From Acutalibacteraceae bacterium (GTDB lineage: Bacteria; Bacillota; Clostridia; Oscillospirales; Acutalibacteraceae), in NCBI GenBank assembly GCA_045539095.1, contig JAZQER010000026.1, positions 1 to 59,417 on the forward strand: 59,417 nt of DNA, given 5' to 3'. The notes below the pieces were generated by a model, which was not told the DNA's origin, ran no database searches, and was given only the letters and a program-made list of their open reading frames with translations. This document shows positions 1 through 10,183 of the stretch, piece after piece. The stretch's first letter is position 1, and each line of letters opens with the position of its first letter. The position numbers were made by a program, and so were the translations under genes.

Positions 1-1976
1 GCGCACTGCTTGCCCTCACTGATACACTTGAAGGCAGCTCTCAGCGCCACCTCAGTCTTACCAAAGCCGACATCTCCACACAGAAGTCGATCCATCGGCG
101 CTGAGCGCTCCATATCGTTTTTTATCTCATTGATCGAGCGGAGCTGATCGTCGGTTTCTTCATATTCAAAGCGTCTTTCAAAGTCATTCTGCAGATCGGT
201 ATCCGGAGAAAAGGCGTGGCCCTTTACCGACATACGCTTTGCATACAGCTCGGTCAGCTGCTTTGCCATATCCTTTACTGCGGCGCGCACCCGTTTTCTT
301 GTCCGTTGCCACTCCTGACCGCCAAGTCGATTCAGTCTTATATTTCCGTCCTCGGCACTGCCGATATATTTTGAAACAAGATCAAGCTGTGTGACAGGAA
401 CATACAGTATATCGCCCTTTGCGTATTTTATCTTGATATAATCCTTAGTAACGGTGCCGCTTGTGATTCGGTTTATCCCCTCAAATACACCTATTCCGTG
501 TGAAGCGTGAACAACGTAGTCTCCCATCTTCAGCTCTTCAAGAGAATTTATTGAGTTCTTTACCCTTTTGCGGCGGGCCGTTTTCCCGTCTGAATGGACG
601 AGCTTATGCGTGATAAATGCAAAATTCAGCTCGGGTATCTCGAAGCCCGAGGAGAGTCCGCCGACCGTTACCACGACGCCCCTTACAGGAAGTCCCTTTA
701 CCTTTTCAAGATAGAGTGAATTTATTCCCGAGTTATTAAGCTCCTCATTTAAAAGGGTCGCCGCCTTTTTGCTTCCTGCGGCTATTACCGCAAGACCGCC
801 GCGGGACAGCATATATCCGATATCATCGCGCAGTACCGAAATATCTCCGCTCCAAGGAGAATTGCGTTTAAAGTCGAAAGCTACCGTGTCCTTAAGCCCG
901 AAGGGCACCGACGAGGGCAGGAAGCTATCAAGCAACAGAGCTTTTGCGCAAATGTCGGTTATTTCGGTCTCATCAAGATACATTTTAGAGGTAGCTTCGC
1001 TCAGCTCACCATCCTCTAAAAACAACTTTATGTCTTCACCTTGCTGTAACATATGCGTGCGGAGTCGCTCTCTGACCGCACCGAATTCGCCTATTATTAT
1101 AAGGGGGTCGGAGAAATAGTCAAAAACGGTGCTTTTTCCGTAAATAAGACTTATATATCGGTCAAGTGCAATATCCACTCCCGCATTTATGGCATCAATA
1201 TCCCGTTCTATTGACACTCTTTGCTTATCAGTAAGCCTTTCACAACTCTTTTTGTGTCCTTCAAGTATTTCTATTAGCTTTTCCCTGTCGCAAAGCACCT
1301 CTCTCGCGGGGGCTACTTTTAAGGTATTTATGCTGTCGGTACGGCGCTGAGATTCTATCTCAAAATAAGCAATGGTGTCTATCTCATCACCCCAGAACTC
1401 TATTCTGCAGGGCAAGGGGGTATTTATAGCAAAAAGGTCAAGTATTCCGCCTCGAATAGCAAACTGACCCGTTCCGTCCACCTGCTCTACCCTTGTGTAG
1501 CCCGCTTTTACAAGTCGCTTGCAAAGCTCAGATATCTGAGCTGTCTCTCCCGTTTTCAGCGTAAAGGAGTTTTCTTCAAGAACAGTGGGCTTTACCGTAT
1601 ATTGAGAAGCCGCTTCTGCCGATACGCAAAGCAGGTCAAAATCCCCATCCAAAAGCTTGGATAGGGTATCTATTCTCTTATGCTCATACTCTTTTGAACC
1701 CGTAATCACGCGACCTATTGCAAAGTCTCTCGATGGCAAAAGCGCCGCCTTTGCGCCTAGTGAGCAAAGGTCCTCGCACATAAGGGTTGCCGTCGCTTCA
1801 TCGGGTGTGATAAGCAGAGTTTTTTTACGAGTTTCTTTTAAAAGCGCCGATGTCAGAACCGCCTTGTGTATGTCGGAAAGTCCGCTTGCCTCTATTGGCA
1901 GCCTGCCTTTTTTAACACTTTGAAGCAAGGTTCCAAAGCCTGACGTTTTTAAAATAATGGAATTAAGGAATTCCAC
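1..1976 (-). CDS. mfd: Transcription-repair coupling factor Mfd, N-terminal ~658 codons (3' end runs off the window)
   Basis: Absent from the ORF track because it is open to the window edge. My reverse-strand translation is open from 1976 to 1 and reads ...[38 protein letters not shown] at the left edge, a helicase Walker A as in Mfd/RecG. GTG at 1976 is preceded by GGTGAAG. It lies directly downstream of pth, the classical pth-mfd order. Confidence 0.85.
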   Translation of the reverse strand, partial: [658 protein letters not shown]

Positions 1977-1989
1977 GCATCTTCACCGT

Positions 1990-2592
1990 CTATTTAGAAT
2001 ATTTATTCATAGCGCTGTCAATTCCCCGTTCGATGACCTCGTCTACTGCCTTTACGGTGTTTTTAAGCGCTCTTTCTATATCGTCCTTATGCTCAGGCGG
2101 AAATTTGCCTAGTACCCAATCTTTAAGGTCATAATCGGGATGAGGCTTCGCTCCGACGCCGATCTTGACCCTCATAAATTCATCGCTTCCGAGATGGGCA
2201 ATAATATCCTTAAGACCGTTATGCCCACCGGCGCTTCCCTTTCGGCGGATACGTATGATACCCGGCTCAAGGGAGATGTCATCAAACATTACTAAAATAC
2301 GCTCGACAGGTATTTTATAGAACCTTGCGACCTCGGCAACTGCTTCGCCCGAATTATTCATATAAGTTTGAGGCTTCATAAGAAAAATCCTCTTTGAACC
2401 CAGCTTACATTCGCCGATATAAGCCTTGAACTTAATCTTGTCGCACTCGGCATCATGCTTATCACAAAAGGCATCCATAGCGCGAAAGCCGACATTATGA
2501 CGGGTATATTCATATTCAATACCCGGATTTCCGAGACCTACCAGTAAAAGATCATAAGGACATTTATCCCGACCTTTTTTTAATCCAAACAA
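1990..2592 (-). CDS. pth: Peptidyl-tRNA hydrolase
   Basis: 200-aa ORF with LLVGLGNPGIEYEYTRHNVGF and GGHNGLKDI motifs typical of Pth; upstream of mfd. Confidence 0.95.
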   Translation of the reverse strand: MFGLKKGRDKCPYDLLLVGLGNPGIEYEYTRHNVGFRAMDAFCDKHDAECDKIKFKAYIGECKLGSKRIFLMKPQTYMNNSGEAVAEVARFYKIPVERILVMFDDISLEPGIIRIRRKGSAGGHNGLKDIIAHLGSDEFMRVKIGVGAKPHPDYDLKDWVLGKFPPEHKDDIERALKNTVKAVDEVIERGIDSAMNKYSK

Positions 2593-2669
2593 ATCATTTC
2601 AACTCCGATATTCTTGTACCTTATATTATATCCTCTAACCGACCGTATGTCAATTAGCCAATCTAAATA

Positions 2670-2698
2670 TTGAAAAAGTACGCGATTTATAGTATACT
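2670..2698 (+). promoter_or_regulatory. Candidate sigma-A promoter for the ymdB-like gene
   Basis: TTGAAA (2670-2675), 17-nt spacer, TATACT (2693-2698), ~33 nt upstream of ATG 2731. Confidence 0.5.
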
Positions 2699-2730
2699 TA
2701 CCGTATATACGATTAAACGGCGGTGAAATA

Positions 2731-3513
2731 ATGAAGATACTCGCCATAGGTGACGTCTGCGGTACGGTCGGTTGCGAAAAACTGCAACGGGTTTTACCAA
2801 GGCTCAAAAAAGAATACAGCATTGACCTTACTGTAGTCAACGGTGAAAATTCAGCCGACGGCAACGGCATTTCACCCGCTTCTGCCTATTCTATATTCAC
2901 TTCGGGCGCCGATGTTATAACGGGCGGAAACCACACTCTCCGCCGCCGAGATATACTAAAACTTCTAGATGCAAACGAGCGCTTGCTTCGTCCCGAAAAC
3001 CTTGATAACTGTGGGTACGGTTCGGGCTACTGCCTTGTTGATATGGGCTACTGCTCGGTCGCAGTTATAAATCTTTCGGGTCAGATATATCTTGAACGCC
3101 TCGGGGCATCAAATCCATTTCTTGCCGCCGATAAACTCATCAAAAAAGCAAAAAGCGACGGCGCTAATGTTATAATTGTTGACTTTCACGCAGAAGCTAC
3201 AAGTGAGAAGCGCGCTATGGGATTTTATCTTGACGGAAAGGTATCCGCGGTTTTCGGCACCCATACCCATGTTCAGACAAACGATGCTGAGATACTCAAA
3301 AACGGGACTGCATATATCACCGACCTCGGTATGACGGGACCGCGCGACAGCGTTCTTGGCGTTGACCCCCATATAATCATAGATCGCCTCCGCAATAACT
3401 CTACCGGAAGATTTTTACTTGCAGAGAGCGAATGCACTGTCCAGGGAGTTGTCATTACGGTAGACGAAAAAACACAGAAAGCCACCGATATTGAGCTTAT
3501 AAATATAAATTAA
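2731..3513 (+). CDS. ymdB: YmdB-family metallophosphoesterase (2',3'-cyclic-nucleotide phosphodiesterase-like)
   Basis: MKILAIGDVCG..., NGENSADGNG, GGNH and GTHTHVQTND metallophosphoesterase motifs in the YmdB arrangement. Confidence 0.85.
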   Translation: MKILAIGDVCGTVGCEKLQRVLPRLKKEYSIDLTVVNGENSADGNGISPASAYSIFTSGADVITGGNHTLRRRDILKLLDANERLLRPENLDNCGYGSGYCLVDMGYCSVAVINLSGQIYLERLGASNPFLAADKLIKKAKSDGANVIIVDFHAEATSEKRAMGFYLDGKVSAVFGTHTHVQTNDAEILKNGTAYITDLGMTGPRDSVLGVDPHIIIDRLRNNSTGRFLLAESECTVQGVVITVDEKTQKATDIELININ

Positions 3514-3534
3514 ATTTTGAAAGGAGACTGCCGT

Positions 3535-5121
3535 ATGAAAAAGTTTAAAGCTTTACTTGCTCTTGCGCTTGCGTTATTGATGCTGGCTCTTTGTGCCTGT
3601 AATCAGAAATCTGATAACAGCGGCAGCTCTGAACCGCAGACCTCGGACCAGAACAGTGAAAATTCCGCTTCTCTTCAGTTGCTTTACTGCTCTAACGACA
3701 CTCTCAATCCATACAATACCATAAACAAGGTCAATGCCGAGCTTGGACAGCTTATTTTCGACCCGCTTGTAACTCTTTCAAACGAATTCGAGCCTATAAA
3801 CATCCTTGCCGAAAGCGTCACCGTAGACAGCAAAGCCTGTACCGTAAAATTGCGCTCAGCAAAATTCTCAGACGGCAGCACTGTTACTGCCGAAGATGTG
3901 CTGAACTCTTACGAGCTTGCAAAAAAAAGCCCGCTTTACTCTCACCTTTTCTATAATGTCATAAAGGCTTCTGTATCCGACCCTTCCACTGTTGTTTTCG
4001 AGCTTAAAAATAACGACCCGTTTTTTTCAAATATGCTTACCTTCCCGATACTGAAAAAGGGTACCGAAAACCTTAAAAACGAAGACAATGTTGAGATAGT
4101 GCCCACGGGCAGCGGCCGTTTTGTCTTCTCCCGCGCCGAAGAGTCTCTGATTCCGAATTCTTACTACTACGGAAATACTTCGGTTAATCGGATTAGCCTT
4201 ATTGATGCCCCCGATACAGAGTCGGTTGAGCATTATGTAGAAATAGGTGCGACTGATCTATATTATACCGACCCCGTAAACGGTAATATTATACGCATGA
4301 GCGGACAAAAAGCCTCTCTTAATATGCCCAATCTCGTTTATATCGGAATAAACCATAATTACAGACAGTTAACAGACCCTCTGCTTCGTCAGACCATCTC
4401 CTCTGCCGTTGACCGAGCCAAAATAGCCGAGGACGCATATTATCAAAACGCCAAGTCCGCAAGCGGCTTTTTCCATCCTGACTGGGCTGCGATTTCGGGC
4501 TATCAAACTCTACAATTAACGGCTCAAACTAAAATATGTATTGAAAATTTGGAGAAAATAGGCTATAATAATTTAGATAAGGATGGTTTTAGGTTTGACT
4601 CAAACGGAACTGCCCTTGCATTTACCCTGCTTGTAAATCGGGATAACACCGCTAGGGTTGCCGCTGCCGAGCTCATAAAATCTCAGTTAGCTTTGGTAGG
4701 AATTAAAATCACTGTAACCGCAGTTTCAAACGAACAATATTTTGAAGCTTTAAAATCAGGCGCATTCCAGCTGTATATCGGAGAAGTAAAGCTTACTCCC
4801 AACATGGATATTGGCGAGCTTGTGCTGAACGGTGGTTCTGCCGCCTGGGGTATATCCGCTTCAAACAAGACAAACTCGAGCGAAGAAAGCAACACCGAAG
4901 ATTCCGAGACGGTGCAAGACAGCTATGCTGATGTGCTAAAGGGATATTATGAGGGAGAAAACGGTATATCAGAGGTCGCAACCTCTCTTATCAATCATAT
5001 GCCGATTATACCGATTGTCTACAGAAATTCACTTCTCTTCTACTCCTACAATATTGACAGCATCGGCACCGCTTCGGCATTTAACATCTTTTTATCAATT
5101 AACGACTTTTACACAAAATGA
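3535..5121 (+). CDS. ABC transporter substrate-binding lipoprotein, family 5 (peptide/nickel type), orphan
   Basis: Start moved to ATG 3535 (AAGGAG 8 nt upstream). Signal peptide plus lipobox (LALCACNQ). Size and overall layout suggest an SBP_bac_5 fold. No permease or ATPase genes adjacent. Confidence 0.7.
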   Translation: MKKFKALLALALALLMLALCACNQKSDNSGSSEPQTSDQNSENSASLQLLYCSNDTLNPYNTINKVNAELGQLIFDPLVTLSNEFEPINILAESVTVDSKACTVKLRSAKFSDGSTVTAEDVLNSYELAKKSPLYSHLFYNVIKASVSDPSTVVFELKNNDPFFSNMLTFPILKKGTENLKNEDNVEIVPTGSGRFVFSRAEESLIPNSYYYGNTSVNRISLIDAPDTESVEHYVEIGATDLYYTDPVNGNIIRMSGQKASLNMPNLVYIGINHNYRQLTDPLLRQTISSAVDRAKIAEDAYYQNAKSASGFFHPDWAAISGYQTLQLTAQTKICIENLEKIGYNNLDKDGFRFDSNGTALAFTLLVNRDNTARVAAAELIKSQLALVGIKITVTAVSNEQYFEALKSGAFQLYIGEVKLTPNMDIGELVLNGGSAAWGISASNKTNSSEESNTEDSETVQDSYADVLKGYYEGENGISEVATSLINHMPIIPIVYRNSLLFYSYNIDSIGTASAFNIFLSINDFYTK

Positions 5122-5142
5122 TAATCAGGGAGGATTTATAAT

Positions 5143-5493
5143 ATGATCGCTTACGAGACCAGAATAGGTAAAATTAACATTTCCGAAGAATATTTACAGA
5201 AGATCATCGGACAGTCGGTTACCTCCTGTTACGGAGTTGCAGGGATGGTTGCCAGCGGCTCAAAGCAGCGAATAATTGATCTGCTCACAAGAAGCGATAG
5301 CCTTAATAAAGGCATCATCATAAAAGGCAACGCCGAATCTATCATAGTAGAACTCCATATTATGGTTGTCTACGGTATGAATATTAACGCCATCGCAAAA
5401 AGCATAGTTAACAAGGTCCAGTATACCGTCAAAGAGCTGACCGGCATCAATGTTGATAAGGTCATCGTCAAGGTTGACGGAATCAAGGAGTAA
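5143..5493 (+). CDS. Asp23/Gls24-family (alkaline shock) protein
   Basis: 116 aa, GKINISEEYLQKIIG...CYGVAGM typical of Asp23/DUF322. Conserved neighbour of the DAK2 gene and recG, as in B. subtilis yloU-yloV-recG. Confidence 0.9.
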   Translation: MIAYETRIGKINISEEYLQKIIGQSVTSCYGVAGMVASGSKQRIIDLLTRSDSLNKGIIIKGNAESIIVELHIMVVYGMNINAIAKSIVNKVQYTVKELTGINVDKVIVKVDGIKE

Positions 5494-5521
5494 TTACCAG
5501 TTAGTTTTAAGGAGTGTTCTG

Positions 5522-7201
5522 ATGATTAACGGAAATCTGCTGCGCGACGCTATCATATCGGCAGCAAACAATATTGCAAACCAGAAAAAACAGGTCGATG
5601 ACCTTAATGTGTTTCCGGTTCCCGACGGTGATACGGGTACAAATATGTCTATGAGTATCGGCAATGCCGCAAGAGAGCTTGAAAGACTTGAGGGTGAAAC
5701 GGTAAGTAAGGTTTCGTCAGTTGCAGCTTCGGCCCTTCTTCGCGGAGCAAGAGGAAACTCAGGTGTTATCACCTCCCTTCTGTTCCGTGGCTTTGCAAAG
5801 GGCTTTAAGGATGCTGAGGAAGTGACCCCCGATAATCTTGCGTTAGCGCTAAGGCTCGGTGTTGAAGCCGCTTATAAGGCTGTTATGAAGCCTACCGAAG
5901 GCACTATACTCACCGTGGCAAGAGTAGCTTCCGAATATGCCGAAAAGGCTTGCGACGAGGGCAAGGACGCTCTCGGAGTTTTTGAGGCCGCTATGGAGGG
6001 CGCTAATGTTGCATTAGCCGAAACTCCCGAGCTTCTTCCCGTACTTAAAAAAGCAGGCGTTGTTGACGCAGGCGGTAAGGGCTTTATCGTAATTCTGGAC
6101 GGTATGTATTCAGTTCTCAAAAACGGTATTATGATTGAGGCAAACCGTGCCGCTTCGTCTGAAGAGCCCGAAGAGGAAGAAGCGAGAAATGCTGCAGGTG
6201 AGTTTGAGGGAGATATCACCTTCCCCTACTGCACCGAGTTTATAGTTAACCGCGCAGAGGATGCTGGGGGCAAAGATCCTGCAGAGCTTCGCTCTTATCT
6301 TGAATCTATCGGTGACTGTGTAGTTGTGGTTGATGACGATGAAATAATCAAGGTGCACGTTCACACCGACCATCCCGGTAACGCTATTGAAAAGGCTCTC
6401 ACCTTCGGTCCCCTCGTAAAGCTCAAGATTGAGAATATGTGTGATCAGCACGAGCGCGCTAAGCATGAATCTGCCAACGCTTCCAAAAAATCCCCCAAGA
6501 ACGAGGACCGCACCGAGACAATTAAATCGGTAACCCCCGAGAAACACTTTGGCTTTGTATCGGTTGCCGCAGGCGACGGACTGTCCGAGCTTTTCCGTGA
6601 TCTCGGCGCAGATATCGTTGTTTCAGGCGGTCAGACCATGAACCCTTCTACTGATGATATCCTCCGCGCTATTGAGGCGACCCCCGCAGAGACAGTATTT
6701 GTTTTCCCCAATAATAAGAACATCATTATGGCGGCTGAGCAAGCTATTCCGCTCGCTACCAGAAATGTTATAGTTATTCATACCAGAACCATTCCGCAGG
6801 GTGTTACCGCTATGCTGAACTTCGACCCCGATGCTTCCGATAACGACAACGCTATCGCTATGCAGGCGGCTATCGACACTGTACAGACAGGTCAGGTAAC
6901 CTTTGCCGCACGCGATTCTGACTTTGACGGCAAGGCCATCAAGAAGGGTGAGCTTTTAGCTCTCGCAAACGGCAAAATAGTATTTACCGAGACAAAGCTT
7001 GAGCAGTGTATGGTAAAGCTTGTAAAGCAGCTTATCAGCAAGGATTCTGCATTTATGACTTTGTTCTATGGTGAAGATGTCTCCGAAGAACAGGCAGAGC
7101 AGATCACTGCTGTGCTGAATGAAAAATACGGTGATAAGCTTGAGATCACTCTTGTAAACGGCGGTCAGCCTGTTTATTACTTCATCATTTCGGTCGAATA
7201 A
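5522..7201 (+). CDS. DAK2 domain-containing protein (YloV-like)
   Basis: Start moved to ATG 5522 (AAGGAG upstream). FPVPDGDTGTNM motif of the Dak2 phosphatase domain, long acidic linker, C-terminal YloV-type domain. Confidence 0.9.
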   Translation: MINGNLLRDAIISAANNIANQKKQVDDLNVFPVPDGDTGTNMSMSIGNAARELERLEGETVSKVSSVAASALLRGARGNSGVITSLLFRGFAKGFKDAEEVTPDNLALALRLGVEAAYKAVMKPTEGTILTVARVASEYAEKACDEGKDALGVFEAAMEGANVALAETPELLPVLKKAGVVDAGGKGFIVILDGMYSVLKNGIMIEANRAASSEEPEEEEARNAAGEFEGDITFPYCTEFIVNRAEDAGGKDPAELRSYLESIGDCVVVVDDDEIIKVHVHTDHPGNAIEKALTFGPLVKLKIENMCDQHERAKHESANASKKSPKNEDRTETIKSVTPEKHFGFVSVAAGDGLSELFRDLGADIVVSGGQTMNPSTDDILRAIEATPAETVFVFPNNKNIIMAAEQAIPLATRNVIVIHTRTIPQGVTAMLNFDPDASDNDNAIAMQAAIDTVQTGQVTFAARDSDFDGKAIKKGELLALANGKIVFTETKLEQCMVKLVKQLISKDSAFMTLFYGEDVSEEQAEQITAVLNEKYGDKLEITLVNGGQPVYYFIISVE

Positions 7202-7221
7202 ATAAAAGACCTTGTTCGGAG

Positions 7222-9255
7222 GTGCCGATTATGGCAACAATGACGGACAACATTCAATATCTGAAGGGCGTGGGCGAAAAGCGCGCCCTTCTTCTTCACA
7301 AACTGGGCATCGACACGGTCGGCGCCCTTTTGCGTTTTTATCCGCGTTCTTATGAGGATTGGAGCCGAATTACCTCTATTCGTGATGCAAGAGGTCTGGG
7401 CAATGTCTGTATAAGGGCTACTGTTACTGCGCCCATAAAGGAGCACCGTATCAGAAAAAATATGATACTTTACAAGTTTACTGCATCGGACGGCAGTGGC
7501 AGTATGCAGGTGACTATTTTTAACAGCAAGTACGAGGCGGCTAAGATTCATCAGGGCTGTGAGTACCTTTTTTACGGAAAACTTAACCCCGACTCCTTTT
7601 ACGCAGAAATGTCTGCGCCAAAGATACGCTCGACCAAAGACGCTTCTATCAGACCTATATATCCTATGACTGCAGGGCTTTCAAGCTCTGCCATTGAAAA
7701 GCTTGTCGAGACCGCTATAACAGCAGTACGACTCGACGAGATTCTGCCCCAATCAATATTAGAGAAAAACGGTCTTTGCAGTTTTCAGTTTGCTATAAGA
7801 AACATCCATTTCCCAGAAAACAATGAGGCTCTTGAAAGAGCGCGTAAACGCCTTGTTTTTGAGGAACTCTTTATGCTGCAGGCAGGACTTCTTCTTATGA
7901 AGAATATAAGCCGCGGTAAAACCCCCTGTGTTATGAAGAGGGATGAGACTGACGCTTTTATAAACACTTTGCCGTTTGCTATGACAAACGCTCAGATAAG
8001 ATGTGTAAAGGAGTGCATTGCCGATATGGCAGCCGACCGACCGATGAGCCGACTTATCCAGGGCGACGTCGGAAGCGGCAAGACGGCTGTTGCGGCCGCT
8101 ACCGCTTACAATTCGGTGAAAAACGGCTTTCAGGTAGCTTTAATGGCGCCGACAGAAATACTCGCCGAACAGCATTTCAAGACATTCTCGACTTTTTTTG
8201 AGAACACCGGAATGAAGTGTGAGCTGCTTACAGGCTCTCTTACTAAAAAGCGCAAGGATTCCGTTAAAGAAAAACTGTTCAGAGGCGAAATAGATATCGT
8301 CATCGGCACACACGCTCTGCTTTCGGATAATGTTGCCTTTAACGCGCTCGGTCTTGTAATAACCGATGAACAGCACCGCTTCGGCGTGGCTCAGCGCTCG
8401 GCTCTGTCGGGGAAGGGTACAAGCCCTCACGTGCTCGTCATGTCGGCGACTCCTATCCCCCGAACACTTGCTATGATAATGTACGGAGATCTTGATATTT
8501 CGATAATTGATGAGTATCCGAAGGGCAGACAGGAGATTGAGACCTACTCTGTGTCGGGTGAGCTTCACAAGAGAGTATATAACTATATAAAAAAGCATAT
8601 TGATGATGGCAGACAAGGTTATATCGTTTGCCCTCTGGTAGAAGAGGGTGAAGAAACGGGCGGACTCATTTCTGCCGAGCAATACTTCGATGAGCTTTCA
8701 AAGGGAGAGTTCAAGGATTACCGCTTAGGTTTGCTTCACGGCAAAATGAAGCCCGCTGCAAAAGAGGCTGTTATGCGCTCATATGCCGCGGGTGAAATAG
8801 ATCTTCTTATCGCAACCACTGTTATTGAGGTTGGAATTGATGTTCCTAATGCTGCTATTATGGTAATTGAAAATGCTGAGCGTTTTGGTCTTTCACAGCT
8901 TCATCAGCTCAGAGGCAGAATAGGCAGAGGACAGTATAAGTCGACCTGTATATTCATATCCGACGGCGGCCAGAAAGCAAAAGAACGGCTCGATATTATG
9001 TGCCGGACTATGGACGGCTTTAAAATAGCCGATGAAGATCTGAAACTTCGCGGACCGGGAGATTTTATAGGACACCGTCAGCACGGTCTGCCCGAGCTTC
9101 ATATTGCTGACCTTTTCTCTGACCTCGAAACACTTCGCCTTGCAGGCAGACAGGCAAAGGCTCTCATCGACTCCGATCCTACCCTTGAGAGGCGCGATAA
9201 CCGCACTTTCAGAGCTGAAGTCTCTCAAATGCTCAAAAACATTAAAAATAATTAA
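7222..9255 (+). CDS. recG: ATP-dependent DNA helicase RecG
   Basis: GDVGSGKTAVAA Walker A, TDEQHRFG, SATPIPRT and QLRGRIGRG helicase motifs, with an N-terminal wedge/OB region. Confidence 0.95.
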   Translation: MPIMATMTDNIQYLKGVGEKRALLLHKLGIDTVGALLRFYPRSYEDWSRITSIRDARGLGNVCIRATVTAPIKEHRIRKNMILYKFTASDGSGSMQVTIFNSKYEAAKIHQGCEYLFYGKLNPDSFYAEMSAPKIRSTKDASIRPIYPMTAGLSSSAIEKLVETAITAVRLDEILPQSILEKNGLCSFQFAIRNIHFPENNEALERARKRLVFEELFMLQAGLLLMKNISRGKTPCVMKRDETDAFINTLPFAMTNAQIRCVKECIADMAADRPMSRLIQGDVGSGKTAVAAATAYNSVKNGFQVALMAPTEILAEQHFKTFSTFFENTGMKCELLTGSLTKKRKDSVKEKLFRGEIDIVIGTHALLSDNVAFNALGLVITDEQHRFGVAQRSALSGKGTSPHVLVMSATPIPRTLAMIMYGDLDISIIDEYPKGRQEIETYSVSGELHKRVYNYIKKHIDDGRQGYIVCPLVEEGEETGGLISAEQYFDELSKGEFKDYRLGLLHGKMKPAAKEAVMRSYAAGEIDLLIATTVIEVGIDVPNAAIMVIENAERFGLSQLHQLRGRIGRGQYKSTCIFISDGGQKAKERLDIMCRTMDGFKIADEDLKLRGPGDFIGHRQHGLPELHIADLFSDLETLRLAGRQAKALIDSDPTLERRDNRTFRAEVSQMLKNIKNN

Positions 9256-9313
9256 TGCAAAATCATACAATATATGATATAATATCTCAAATTTATTTTT
9301 TGGAGAATACTTA

Positions 9314-10183
9314 ATGCAGGAATTTTTACACGAGCTTGGCCACATTCTTGTGCATCCGCTCGAAGAAACACTTAAAATGGCTCCTATACTCTTTCTTGCT
9401 TATCTTCTTATGGAATGGCTTGAAAAAGCAGAAGGCAGCAAAATATCTAATGCCTTTAAAAAGGCTAAAAAATCGGGTCCCCTTTTCGGTTCGCTTATGG
9501 GACTTATTCCTCAATGCGGTTTTTCGGGCGCTATCGCGGGAATGTACGCCGCAGGCACGGTTACAGCAGGCACTCTTCTTGCAGTAATGCTGTCAACAAG
9601 CGACGAGATGCTTCCCGTCCTTATCTCGGCGCGGCTTTCAGCCGGTGTTATTATCCTGATACTTGCGCTTAAATTTGTTATTGGCGTCATCTGTGGCTTT
9701 ATAGCCGATTTTGCTATACGCAAAAACCACGCCGAACGCGATGAGGATATCCACGGCTTTTGCGAGCGGGAGCATTGCTCCTGCAAGGACGGAATTTTCC
9801 TTTCTGCTTTAAAACACACTCTAAAGATACTTATTATCATCTACATAGTTTCTGCCGTTCTTCATTTCGCTGTTGACCTAATTCCCGAAGATACACTCAA
9901 AACTGTGCTCAACTTCCCCGTTTTAAGTCAACTTGCCGCTTCACTCATCGGACTGATACCGAGCTGTGCAGTATCGGTAACACTGACTCAGCTTTATGTC
10001 GACGGCGCTTTAGGGCTTGGACCTATGCTCTGCGGACTGCTTACAAACGGTGGTGTTGGACTGCTTGTTTTATTCAGAGTGAATAAGAGCCGCAAGAATT
10101 CTTTATTTATCACCGCTCTACTATTTATATCGGGACTTGTTTTCGGAGCTATAGCAGGGCTTGTTTTTGACGGTGTACTGTAA
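9314..10183 (+). CDS. ArsP_2-like polytopic membrane protein (putative metal/metalloid permease family)
   Basis: Multi-pass hydrophobic protein. PILFLAYLLMEWLE...IPQCGFSGA...LSTSDEMLPVLIS matches my recollection of the 'putative 10TM heavy-metal exporter' family. Confidence 0.6.
   Translation: MQEFLHELGHILVHPLEETLKMAPILFLAYLLMEWLEKAEGSKISNAFKKAKKSGPLFGSLMGLIPQCGFSGAIAGMYAAGTVTAGTLLAVMLSTSDEMLPVLISARLSAGVIILILALKFVIGVICGFIADFAIRKNHAERDEDIHGFCEREHCSCKDGIFLSALKHTLKILIIIYIVSAVLHFAVDLIPEDTLKTVLNFPVLSQLAASLIGLIPSCAVSVTLTQLYVDGALGLGPMLCGLLTNGGVGLLVLFRVNKSRKNSLFITALLFISGLVFGAIAGLVFDGVL

Noticed and set aside
769-1923. Plus-strand ORFs 769-1119 and 1657-1923.
   Set aside because: Both lie antisense within the mfd coding region, which is open on the minus strand from 1976 to the window edge.
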